Shown one piece after another: positions 50,257 through 59,352 of a DNA stretch of 64,000 bases. The notes under the pieces are model-generated. The model ran no database searches, was not told the origin of the DNA, and worked only from the letters and a program-made list of their open reading frames with translations. Both the position numbers and the translations under genes were made by a program. Origin of the DNA: Truepera sp. (GTDB lineage: Bacteria; Deinococcota; Deinococci; Deinococcales; Trueperaceae); NCBI GenBank assembly GCA_965218435.1, contig CBDCKW010000009.1, positions 896,001 through 960,000 of the forward strand, read 5' to 3'. Each line of letters starts with the position of its first letter. Position 1 is the first letter of the stretch.

Positions 50257-51088
50257 GCTCAGGACTCATTAACTGAGATAGAAGATAACGGTTGCGGCGA
50301 TGCAGATGGCGGAGAAGAAGGTGTGGGCGCAGCTATCGTAGCGCATGGCGATGCGCCTCCAGTCCTTAAGTTTAGCGAACATGTTCTCGATTTTGTGACG
50401 TTTTTTGTAGAGGTTGGCGTCATAAGCGGTGAAGGCGTTACGATTGTTCTTCGGCGGTATGCAAGGCGTTATGCCTTTGGCTTTCAGGGCGCTTCTAAAC
50501 CAGTCGGCGTCGTAGCCTCGATCGGCAATCATCTCTTTGGCTTTGGGCAAGACGTCAAGCAAACGGGCTGCGCCTTTATAATCGCTTGTCTGCCCTTCGG
50601 TCAGCAGCAACGCCACCAGCTTGCCCTCACCATCACATACCGCATGAAGCTTGGAGTTCAGGCCGCCTTTTGTACGTCCGATACCGCGAGGAACAGCCCT
50701 TTTTTTAACAGGCTTGCGGCCGTGCGGTGGGCTTTCAGATGCGTGGCGTCGATCATCAGCCGCTCGGACTCGCTACTTTTGGCCAGTTCCTCGAATATCC
50801 GGTTGAACACACCTAGACGGCTCCAGCGAACAAAACGGTTATATAGCGTCTTGTACGGGCCATATGCACGTGGTGCGTCTTTCCACTGCAGACCGTTACG
50901 AAGAACATAAATGATGCCACTTACCACCCACCAGTCATCCACCCGTGCAATCCCGTGTGAACGTGGAAAATACGGCTTGATGCGCTCAAGCTGCGGCTCT
51001 GTCAGTAAAAAAGGTGTGCTCATAGCAATCCCTCTTACCATAGAATATACGGGCAATTTCTCTGAAGCTGATTGATGAGTCCTGAACC
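50256..51088 (-). mobile_element. IS5-family (IS427-group-like) element with two-ORF frameshift transposase
   Basis: IRs GG(C/T)TCAGGACTCAT(T/C)AA, TA duplication; IDATHLKAH / GRTKGGLNSKLH / ADRGYD / RHKIEN; A7 run at 50700-50706 links the frames by -1. Confidence 0.93.
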
Positions 51089-51313
51089 TAAGTTGGGGTA
51101 AGAGGCCAAATCGCGCGATGCCGGTAACCCCGGTTTATAACTCTCGGTCGTGACCCCTAAAAATGCCAACGTCTCTCTGACCTCACCGGCAACCCTGTCT
51201 ACGCTGCCCGAAAACGCCACCAGTATTCCGGGGCAGTCGGCAAACTACCCCTGAAAAGGGGTCAATGCACGGTTTAGCCGCTTCCCTTAGTCATGTTCTT
51301 CGGGTCGCGCAGC

Positions 51314-52171
51314 TCAGGTAAAAAGCGGTGACATCTGCTGCTTGTTTACGACGGCTTGCATCTGTGCGTCAGTGGGCCTAGTAGCAAAACGGCTGGCGGC
51401 GTCTAGCACCTTCGGCAAGAGCTGGACGTCGCCTACTGTATTGAGGAAAAACCCATCCCGGCCGAGAACCCAGTGAACGGTAGTATCGATGTCAGCTTGG
51501 TCTTCTAATGGTTCGTACCAGGTCGCACGGGTCTGCGTTTTATTGCCCCACGGTGCCCGGGTCACGGCCTTGATGGTCTGCACCGCCACATTCCGCTCCT
51601 GGCACAACGCGATGAGGGCTTCAAAATCGGCAGCGTACTGCGGGTTTTGCATCATCACGTAGCTGTAGGGTAAAAGCACCGAATCGAAATCGAAACGCTC
51701 CAAACTCGCCCGGTGCCGCGCAGCGACCTCGACGCCGTGACCGGTAACGCCGATAAACCGGACCAACCCTTCGTCCCGCGCCTGAATGCACGCCCCTAGC
51801 GCACCCCCAGGGCTGAGCGCCGTTTCCCACTCAGCCGGGTCAACGAGGTTATGAAGCTGAATCAGATCAACTTGCTCAACTTGGAGGCGCTCGAGCGAGC
51901 GTCTAATCTGGTCATAAGCTGCTTTATGTGTACGCTCACCCGTTTTCGTTGCCAGAAATACTTTTTTACGGTGCTGCTTTAACCAGGGAGCCAAGCGCAG
52001 CTCGGCGTCACCATAAGATGCGGCGACGTCAATATGGTTGAGGTCGTACTGTGAAAAGAGGTCCATCGTCCTGTCGGCTTCAGCTTGCGTTACCTGACTT
52101 AATGCGGCAGCCCCAAAAATCGTGCGACTGCTTTCGTGTCCGGTAGGGCCAAAAACGTGCGTTGGAATCAT
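51314..52171 (-). CDS. Aldo/keto reductase
   Basis: [23 protein letters not shown]. Confidence 0.9.
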   Translation of the reverse strand: MIPTHVFGPTGHESSRTIFGAAALSQVTQAEADRTMDLFSQYDLNHIDVAASYGDAELRLAPWLKQHRKKVFLATKTGERTHKAAYDQIRRSLERLQVEQVDLIQLHNLVDPAEWETALSPGGALGACIQARDEGLVRFIGVTGHGVEVAARHRASLERFDFDSVLLPYSYVMMQNPQYAADFEALIALCQERNVAVQTIKAVTRAPWGNKTQTRATWYEPLEDQADIDTTVHWVLGRDGFFLNTVGDVQLLPKVLDAASRFATRPTDAQMQAVVNKQQMSPLFT

Positions 52172-52414
52172 CTATGTCACCTTTCTGAACTGAGCATAAT
52201 GCTAAATCAAGCGTAACGCAGCGTAAGCCTCGGAACAAGTCTGGCTACGCATATTTTGATTTGGGCTCACCGTAAGGATAGCAGCTATCCCGTTAGAGCG
52301 TCCATATGACCCTGTTTAGCCTTTGAGCTTCGATCATAAGGTTGTGAGACGATGCGCCGGATACTTGCCCGCTCAACTAACCTGAAAAACTTTTGGCACT
52401 AGGCACATAAATAC

Positions 52415-52445
52415 AAAAAAGCGGCAAGGCTTAAAACCCTACTGC
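52415..52445 (-). terminator. Intrinsic terminator downstream of the tRNA remnant
   Basis: GCAGTAGGG/CCTTGCCGC imperfect stem followed by T6 on the minus strand. Confidence 0.55.
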
Positions 52446-52477
52446 TTCTACTCTTGCTGTCCCTCACGCTATTCTTT

Positions 52478-52523
52478 TGGTCGGGATGACATGATTTGAA
52501 CATGCAACCACTTGACCCCCAGG
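52478..52523 (-). pseudogene. 3' half of tRNA-Pro(GGG), probable att-site remnant
   Basis: CTGGGGG-TCAAG-TGGTT-GCATGTTCAAATCATGT-CATCCCG-ACCA; no acceptor 5' strand or D-arm. Confidence 0.8.
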
Positions 52524-52724
52524 CAAAACGCTGCCTTCACAGTAGGATATACTTAGCTCCAAACGGCTGTTCTGGACGCAACGATTGCCACGGCCTAATC
52601 CGATCTGTAACAGTTTTTCACGAGGCCGTTGTGGTCAAAAATTTGTCGTGCGTAGCGCCCAAATGCGACCTGTTTTGCATAGTAGTGGGCTCGAGCGAAA
52701 CCCCAAATAACCTTATAATTAGGC

Positions 52725-52943
52725 GGTCGTGACCCCGCTACGCGAGGTGCTGCAGAGCGACGTCGTAGCCAATGGGGTTGGAGTAGTGCTCGTCAACGCT
52801 AGCACTGAGCGAATGGCCAAGCTCTAAGGTAGAGCACGCACCCAACCTGCTTGTCTTAACGAATTATTCGTAAGACAAGCGGGTTGAAACCACTACGCGA
52901 GGCGTCTGCTAAAACCTCTTAGCAGACGGTTGGGGCGTCATCC
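52725..52943 (+). ncRNA. Candidate structured non-coding RNA (unknown family)
   Basis: TATAAT at 52714; complementary 5' and 3' ends; several long internal stems; no credible ORF. Confidence 0.4.
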
Positions 52944-53088
52944 ACACCTACTTGCATTTGCCCTGATTTACGTGTTAAATTCTCCTTCTGCTCTTTGGTC
53001 TTTACCGTAAATTTCCAGTCCACCTCCAAAGTCTTACAAGTTCGACCGTTCTGTAACCTGACGCCTCTAGTCAAAGGAGAAACTCGCT

Positions 53089-53880
53089 GTGAGGCTGTTT
53101 TGGGAGATCGTTCGCCGTGCCTTTCGCCGCCACCTCACCTACCGTACCGCCGCGTTAGCTGGCCTCATCACCAATATTTTCTTCGGCTTGGTACGCGCGG
53201 CTGTTCTCATGGCGCTTTACGGTGACCGCGAGGTCGTTGCCGGGCTCGACGTGCAAAGCGTGATTACCTATACCGGGCTGACGCAAGCTGTCATCGTTTA
53301 CTTGAGCATTTTCGGCTGGTTCGATCTGATGAACGCGGTGCATCAAGGCGAAATTACTGCTGATCTCCTTAAACCCATGCGCCTCTTTTCATTCTGGTTA
53401 GCGCAAGACTTGGGCCGGGCACTGGTCGGGCTCGTATTACGGGGGTTCACCATTATGCTCGTCTACGCGCTAATTTTTGACATCATCTATCCGGTCGGGG
53501 TGGCGCAGTGGGCAGCACTCGGGGTCTCGCTGGGTCTGAGTTGGCTGCTCTCTTTCGCCTACCGCTTTTTGGTCAATCTCACAGCGTTCTGGTCACCGGA
53601 CGCAAGGGGCATCGGGCGCTTCGCTTTCGTTATCGTGATGTTTCTTTCGGGGTTTTTGATGCCGCTGCGATTCTTTCCCGACTGGGTACAGCGACTAGCG
53701 TACCTGACCCCGTTTCCGCACATGCTCAATACAGTCGTCGAGGTCTATCTTGGAACGCTGACGGGACCTGCCCTTGTGCAGGCATTGGCGGCGCAAGCGC
53801 TTTGGGCGGTCGGCTTAGTTGCGCTCTGCCAAATTGTCTTAGTCAGAGCAACACGTCGGCTTGTTATTTTGGGAGGCTAA
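53089..53880 (+). CDS. ABC-2 family exporter permease
   Basis: GEITADLLKP, SGFLMPL.FFP; six TM helices. Confidence 0.88.
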   Translation: MRLFWEIVRRAFRRHLTYRTAALAGLITNIFFGLVRAAVLMALYGDREVVAGLDVQSVITYTGLTQAVIVYLSIFGWFDLMNAVHQGEITADLLKPMRLFSFWLAQDLGRALVGLVLRGFTIMLVYALIFDIIYPVGVAQWAALGVSLGLSWLLSFAYRFLVNLTAFWSPDARGIGRFAFVIVMFLSGFLMPLRFFPDWVQRLAYLTPFPHMLNTVVEVYLGTLTGPALVQALAAQALWAVGLVALCQIVLVRATRRLVILGG

Positions 53881-54690
53881 GTGCGCCACACGTTAGGGAG
53901 TTATCGGCGTCTGTTAGGCGCACAACTCCGCAGTCAACTGCAGTATCGCACCTCGTTTATTCTCGATGTGCTGGCGACGATGCTGGTGACGCTGACCGAG
54001 TTCGGTGCTATTGCACTGGTATTTGGACGGTTTGGCGAGCTTGACGGTTGGACGCTCGGCGAAGTGGCGTTTTTATACGGCTTGGTCGAGCTGTCGTTTG
54101 GGCTGATGGATATGGTTTTTGCAGGTTTCGACCCTTCACGTTTCGGCCAAGAGGTGCGTAAGGGGACGTTCGACCGCCTGCTTTTGCGGCCCCTCCCGTT
54201 GACCTGGCAGGTGCTCGGTTCCGACCTGACCTTGAGGCGAGTTGGACGCGTTGCGCTAGGCGTCGGTATCTTTGCGCTCGCGCTCAACCTCAACCCGCTG
54301 GTTTGGACGGCTGCCAAGCTTTTCTACCTGCCCTTCGTCGTCCTCGGCATGGTGCTCTTTTTCGGTGGGCTCTTCATCATCGGTTCGACCGTAACGTTTT
54401 GGACGGTGGAGTCGTTTGAAGCGATGAACATCCTGACTTGCGGCGGCAGCTACCTCATTTCGTACCCGATGAGCATCTATCAGACGTGGCTCAGACGCAT
54501 CTTCACCTTCGTGATTCCAGCTATCTTTTTGAACTACTACCCGGCGCTTTATTTCCTAAACAAACCCGACCCTTTAGGGTTTCCTACCTTCGCCCCATTT
54601 ATCGCGCCGCTGGCGGGGGGCGCGGTGTTCGCTGCTGCGCTCGCATTTTGGCGCTTCGGCCTTAAGCACTACCACAGCACCGGGAGCTAA
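53881..54690 (+). CDS. ABC-2 family exporter permease
   Basis: GTFDRLLLRP, YPMSIY, YHSTGS C-terminus. Confidence 0.88.
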   Translation: MRHTLGSYRRLLGAQLRSQLQYRTSFILDVLATMLVTLTEFGAIALVFGRFGELDGWTLGEVAFLYGLVELSFGLMDMVFAGFDPSRFGQEVRKGTFDRLLLRPLPLTWQVLGSDLTLRRVGRVALGVGIFALALNLNPLVWTAAKLFYLPFVVLGMVLFFGGLFIIGSTVTFWTVESFEAMNILTCGGSYLISYPMSIYQTWLRRIFTFVIPAIFLNYYPALYFLNKPDPLGFPTFAPFIAPLAGGAVFAAALAFWRFGLKHYHSTGS

Positions 54691-54692
54691 GC

Positions 54693-55679
54693 ATGATTGA
54701 GGTTCAAGATTTGAGCAAACACTTTCGGGTACGCAAACGCCATGAAGGGCGGTTTGCTACGCTGCGTGACTTTACGACGCGTGAAACGCGCACAATCAAA
54801 GCTGTTGATGAGGTCAGCTTTGGGGTTGCTCGAGGCGAGGTCGTCGGCTACTTAGGCCCGAATGGAGCGGGCAAATCAACGACGATCAAGATGCTGACCG
54901 GCTTGCTCGTGCCCTCGAGCGGTCACGTAACAGTCAACGGCTTGACGCCTTGGCAGTCGCGGCGCACCTACGTTGCACGAATCGGTGCAGTCTTCGGTCA
55001 GCGCACGACGCTTTGGTGGGACTTGCCGGTCATTGAGTCGTTAGAACTGCTCCGCTATATCTACCGGGTTCCCGAAAGGATTTTCAAACAAAACCTACAA
55101 GAGTTTGAAGGGATGCTCGAGCTGCGTGAGTTTTTGTCTACGCCGGTACGGGCACTTTCACTCGGTCAGCGGATGCGCGCCGACCTCTGCGCCGCACTGC
55201 TCCATAATCCCGACCTACTATTTTTAGACGAACCGACTATCGGCCTCGACGTTGTAGCGAAAGAACGTATTCGGCAGTTCGTTCGGCACATCAACGAGGT
55301 TAGAGCGACGACGGTGCTCTTGACGACACATGACCTCGCCGACGTTCAAAAGCTCTGTCCGCGCGTGCTCATTATTGACCACGGCAAGCTGCTTTATGAC
55401 GGCACACTCAGCGTTTTGCAAGCGCGTTTTGGGGGCAAGTGGCAGCTCGAGGTGGATTTTGCCGAAGCCTATCCCGATGTCTCCGTTGATGGGGCAAAGC
55501 TCTTACACTTCACTGACCTTCGCGCGGTCTATGCGTTTGACCGACAAGTTTTAAGTGCTTCTGACTTGATCGGTCGGCTTTCTGCACACTTTAGCCTTCG
55601 TGACATCACGGTTCGTGAGCCTGACGCTGAAACGACGATTAGGCGTATCTACGAAGAAAAGTTGTTGATACAAAGCTGA
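54693..55679 (+). CDS. ABC exporter ATPase
   Basis: GPNGAGKST, LSLGQR, DEPTIGLD. Confidence 0.93.
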   Translation: MIEVQDLSKHFRVRKRHEGRFATLRDFTTRETRTIKAVDEVSFGVARGEVVGYLGPNGAGKSTTIKMLTGLLVPSSGHVTVNGLTPWQSRRTYVARIGAVFGQRTTLWWDLPVIESLELLRYIYRVPERIFKQNLQEFEGMLELREFLSTPVRALSLGQRMRADLCAALLHNPDLLFLDEPTIGLDVVAKERIRQFVRHINEVRATTVLLTTHDLADVQKLCPRVLIIDHGKLLYDGTLSVLQARFGGKWQLEVDFAEAYPDVSVDGAKLLHFTDLRAVYAFDRQVLSASDLIGRLSAHFSLRDITVREPDAETTIRRIYEEKLLIQS

Positions 55680-55906
55680 TCTCAGTATGAGGATGAAGCT
55701 TATCGCCGCCCTCAAACGGTTGTCGAGGTTGCTAAAGCAGTCATAACCTAGCCCTACGCCGTCCCTAAGCTGAACTTCTGAGCTTGAAATGGTAAACATC
55801 TCATACAGAGTCACTCGTGCGGGGTCATCGTCGCCGGTTGACGACCCGGGTGACCCCGAACCGATTGTTGATCCGGTACCACCGGGCGGACCGGGGTAGC
55901 GCCATT

Positions 55907-57679
55907 TTACAAAGAAAACTGTGTGGCCTGACTTGCCACGATCAGCCAGGTGACGAAAAGTGCGTTGATCAGTGCTCCCGGATAGACGAGTCCGGTTCGA
56001 CTAAAGAAGTAGGTTGAAATGAGGGCGATAAGTGGCAAGACGATAATGAACTGGTGCGCGACAATCGTAAGTAGCGGCTCCCCGAGTGGTAACGGTGCGC
56101 CTAAAAAGAGCGGAACATACTGGATAACCAGGAGCAGGGCGATACCCGCAACGAGGATGAGGGCGTTGCGCCACATGATCCGGCCGCTACGAACCTCGTC
56201 ACCCGGCCTTCTAAGCTGACCGTTAAGCGCAACCCCGAGCATGACAAAAAACAGCGTAAACGGCAGCAGGTAGCTTAAGAAGATGCGCAGCTGCAGGGCG
56301 CTCATCAGCTTGAGCGCCACGACCCAAAAGCGGAAATCGGTCTTAAAAAGCCCTTCGCACACCGCTAGCAGCGTATAGGCACCGGCAACGACCACTACCG
56401 CAAAAAGAAGCGATTTGCCGAAAAGCGCGAACGTCCGACCGTTTTGGGCACGCAACCCATACGTGCGTGCGTTTGCACTGTGACCTCGAGCGGTCGTCAG
56501 GTGCCAAACTAAAAACAAGACCAGTGAGATGAGACTGTTGGCAAGTGCCCAAAATACGATACCTGTGGTAAGTTCTTGTGGGAACAGCGCACTCGCAGGG
56601 AACAGCTTTACACCGAGGTTTTGAAAGTAAAAGTAGGTCAGTGTGGGGATAAGCGTGGTCAGCAGGGCGGCTACCCACCAGCCTCTGCCGCTCGCCCCCT
56701 TAGCTTCCGGGATGGGTTGTTGTAACCCGGCAAACGCTGAGGTGGTGAGCAGCAAGCCGCCGAAACCGAACAAAAATAGCAGCGCTCCTACCAGGGCGAC
56801 GAGCGTCCCGGTCTCTTTCCAAAACCAAACCTGATTGCTAGCAGGTAGTGAGTTGGGAGCGGTGGTCGTCTTTTGCAGCCAGTCAATCGTCGCGCCGACC
56901 CCGGCTCGGGTGATGTGATCACCGGGGTGGGTTACCGGCGGCGCGTAGAGCTGCCGCGCCGTCCCGTCTTGAACCGAGCCGTACACTTTGCCGACCTCAA
57001 CCGGGGCGTCGGTTCCAAAGACGTTCTCGAGCTTCTCAGTGTCAACCACCCCGGCACCCGTAGGGCTGCCCCACATCAGCTCTGAAAACTCGTCAAAGCG
57101 GCTGAACACGAGCCCCAGATTTCTGGGGAATGTCGGCGTGCCGTCGGGGGCACCGAACGTCCCGGTTGACGAACCTGAGAGGATAATTGACTGGTACCCG
57201 TTAGGAAAGGCAGCCGCAGCGATGACCGAAGCCCAACCACCCATCGAGTGTCCCTCGAGTACCACCGCTTTAGGATTGACAAACGAAAGGGTACGCAAAT
57301 AGCGGAGTCCGTCGGAACCACCAAAGCCGTTGGCAAACGCAGGGGGTTCCGAATAGCCGTGCCCGGTTTGGTCGAGCGCAAGCACAACGTAACCGCGCCG
57401 GGCGTACTCGATGGCGTAAGGCGACTGGGTTTCGTTCGAGTTGATGTAACCGTGAATAGCTAGCACTGCCGGTGCCGGGGTCTCGCCGGTAGCGTTCCCC
57501 GGAAGATACAGTTTTCCGCTCATCATGAGCCCGTCTGTACCGGCAAAACGCACGTTGCTCACTTTGATCTGTCCACCGGCGGTTTGCACCCACGAAGCGA
57601 GGAAGCTGCCGCCAAAAACCAGCGCGAGCGAGAGAATAAAAAGGGTTAGAGGGAGACGCCGGGACATAGGTGATTGCAT
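55907..57679 (-). CDS. Membrane-bound alpha/beta hydrolase (external catalytic domain plus multi-TM C-terminus)
   Basis: HG, GHSMGG, D and H of the triad; hydrophobic C-terminal half. Confidence 0.85.
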   Translation of the reverse strand: MQSPMSRRLPLTLFILSLALVFGGSFLASWVQTAGGQIKVSNVRFAGTDGLMMSGKLYLPGNATGETPAPAVLAIHGYINSNETQSPYAIEYARRGYVVLALDQTGHGYSEPPAFANGFGGSDGLRYLRTLSFVNPKAVVLEGHSMGGWASVIAAAAFPNGYQSIILSGSSTGTFGAPDGTPTFPRNLGLVFSRFDEFSELMWGSPTGAGVVDTEKLENVFGTDAPVEVGKVYGSVQDGTARQLYAPPVTHPGDHITRAGVGATIDWLQKTTTAPNSLPASNQVWFWKETGTLVALVGALLFLFGFGGLLLTTSAFAGLQQPIPEAKGASGRGWWVAALLTTLIPTLTYFYFQNLGVKLFPASALFPQELTTGIVFWALANSLISLVLFLVWHLTTARGHSANARTYGLRAQNGRTFALFGKSLLFAVVVVAGAYTLLAVCEGLFKTDFRFWVVALKLMSALQLRIFLSYLLPFTLFFVMLGVALNGQLRRPGDEVRSGRIMWRNALILVAGIALLLVIQYVPLFLGAPLPLGEPLLTIVAHQFIIVLPLIALISTYFFSRTGLVYPGALINALFVTWLIVASQATQFSL

Positions 57680-57721
57680 AGGAGTTCCTTTTCAACCGAA
57701 GTTCGTTGCTACAATTTAACC

Positions 57722-58018
57722 ATGTGCGGTCACTACACCCTTACGACGAAATACTTCATCAAGCACTCCGGTGTAGAGCAATGGTCGCATCACTTAAAGA
57801 TTAACGTACCTTACAAGACGATGGCAAAGCTTAGTGACCGGACGTTGATGATTCTATCGGCAGCTGATGATGAAAGGTGGCTCGAGCCCACGTTGAACCA
57901 AGTCGAAGCGGTTAAAGCCCCGCTGCAACCTTTTACGGGGAAGACGCGCGTGTATCCAGTTTTAAGCGCCGTTAACAGCCCTAAAAACAACGCTCCAGAC
58001 CTCATTGCTGCTACCTGA
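57722..58018 (+). pseudogene. SRAP/YedK-family gene with large internal deletion
   Basis: MCGHYTL N-terminus and ..WL..YPV..AVNSPKNN.PDLI C-terminus, but only ~98 aa; the HxRMP motif is degraded. Confidence 0.7.
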
Positions 58019-59099
58019 GCCTGCTACCGTGCGCAAAATCATCCACCTCGACATGGACTGCTTTTACGCAGCCGTCGAAGTGCGCGACAACCCTGCCTTA
58101 CGCGGCGTACCTGTCGCTGTCGCGTGGAGGGGACCCCGCGGGGTGATCTTAACCGCCAACTACGAAGCGCGGGCCTTCGGCGTTCATTCAGCCCTGGCAA
58201 CAAGGACGGCGCTCAGGCGGTGTCCTGGACTTGTCCTGGCCACACCCCGGATGGACGTTTACAAAGAGGTTTCACAGGTTATCCGGGGGGTATTTTACCG
58301 CTACACCGACCTCGTTGAGCCGCTATCACTCGACGAAGCGTATCTCGATGTCACAGCGCCCAAAAGAGGACCGCCCTCGGCAACTCGGCTTGCCGAACAG
58401 CTTAAACGCGACCTTGAAGCCGCGACGGGGCTTACAGCGTCAGCGGGCGTGTCGTACAACAAGTTCTTAGCTAAGCTCGCCTCGGGAACGAACAAACCCG
58501 CTGGGCTCACCGTGATCCTGCCCGAGCAGGCTCAGCGTGTGCTCGAGGCCCTCCCGATAGAAGCGTTTCATGGGATTGGCCCGGTGACCGCCAAACGTTT
58601 TAACGAACTAGCTGTCTACACTGGAGCCGATCTCAAAGCACAAACGCTCGCGGGTCTTAAGGGCACCTTCGGCAAAGCTGGAGAGCACTTTTACCACATC
58701 GTCCGGGGTGTTGACGAGCGCCCGGTTGTCGCTAACCGACCGTACAAGTCGGTCAGCGCGGAAACGACGTTCGAGACTGACCTCTATGACCTCGAGCCGT
58801 TGGTTGCTGAACTCGCGCCCTTAGCCAAGCAAGTTGAGGTGATACTCGAGCAGGCGGGTCTAGCGGCCAAAGCTGTAGTTGTCAAACTCAAGTACCAAGA
58901 CTTCCGCACGATCACCCGCCGCACTACGCTGCCTTATCTGCTGACGAGTGGCGGCGAACTACAGCGAGAGGCGGAAAGGCTCTTGCGAGGGCTCGAGCTC
59001 GAGACCAGTATAAGGCTGCTGGGTGTGGGCGCTCAAGGGCTGGTGGTTGTGAAAGACGTTGGGGTCGTGCAGACGCTTCTATTTCCGCCATCAATCTGA
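58005..59099 (+). CDS. dinB: DNA polymerase IV
   Basis: HLDMDCFYAAVE, ANYEAR.FGV, SLDEAYLD, NKFLAKLAS..NKP. Confidence 0.95.
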   Translation: MLLPEPATVRKIIHLDMDCFYAAVEVRDNPALRGVPVAVAWRGPRGVILTANYEARAFGVHSALATRTALRRCPGLVLATPRMDVYKEVSQVIRGVFYRYTDLVEPLSLDEAYLDVTAPKRGPPSATRLAEQLKRDLEAATGLTASAGVSYNKFLAKLASGTNKPAGLTVILPEQAQRVLEALPIEAFHGIGPVTAKRFNELAVYTGADLKAQTLAGLKGTFGKAGEHFYHIVRGVDERPVVANRPYKSVSAETTFETDLYDLEPLVAELAPLAKQVEVILEQAGLAAKAVVVKLKYQDFRTITRRTTLPYLLTSGGELQREAERLLRGLELETSIRLLGVGAQGLVVVKDVGVVQTLLFPPSI

Positions 59100-59164
59100 G
59101 CCATAGCCTTTCTTAAGAGCGGTCAGGTAAGCACGTTCTGGAGCATCTGAAACCTTTCTCAGCT

Positions 59165-59351
59165 AAACATCTTGCACCTCGCGCTGACCTTAACCGTAGG
59201 TTTGCGAACGCTGCAAGGACAGTACAACACGGGCTGGACTTTACTTATGGCAGGCTCGGTGATCGCCTTGGTACCGGTTTTACTCGTGTTTATCTTTGCT
59301 CAGCGTTATTTTATTAAAGGCATTGCGATGACAGGGCTTGGCGGCCGCTGA
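59165..59351 (+). pseudogene. 3' fragment of a sugar ABC permease
   Basis: LTVGLRTLQGQYNTGWTLLMAGSVIALVPVLLVFIFAQRYFIKGIAMTGLGGR*; start coordinate approximate. Confidence 0.8.
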
Positions 59352-59352
59352 C

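Noticed and set aside
52183..52199. TTCTGAACTGAGCATAA resembles the Deinococcus radiation/desiccation response motif
   Set aside because: The consensus is degenerate, the site is a single one before an aldo/keto reductase, and I saw none before dinB or ada.
52638..52655. AAATTTGTCGTG as the partner end of the IS4 at 63732
   Set aside because: Only a partial match, wrong geometry, and no transposase 3' end adjacent.
52876..52900. T-box-like sequence in the structured region
   Set aside because: It lacks the GGTGGNACC core, and the downstream genes are not amino-acid related.
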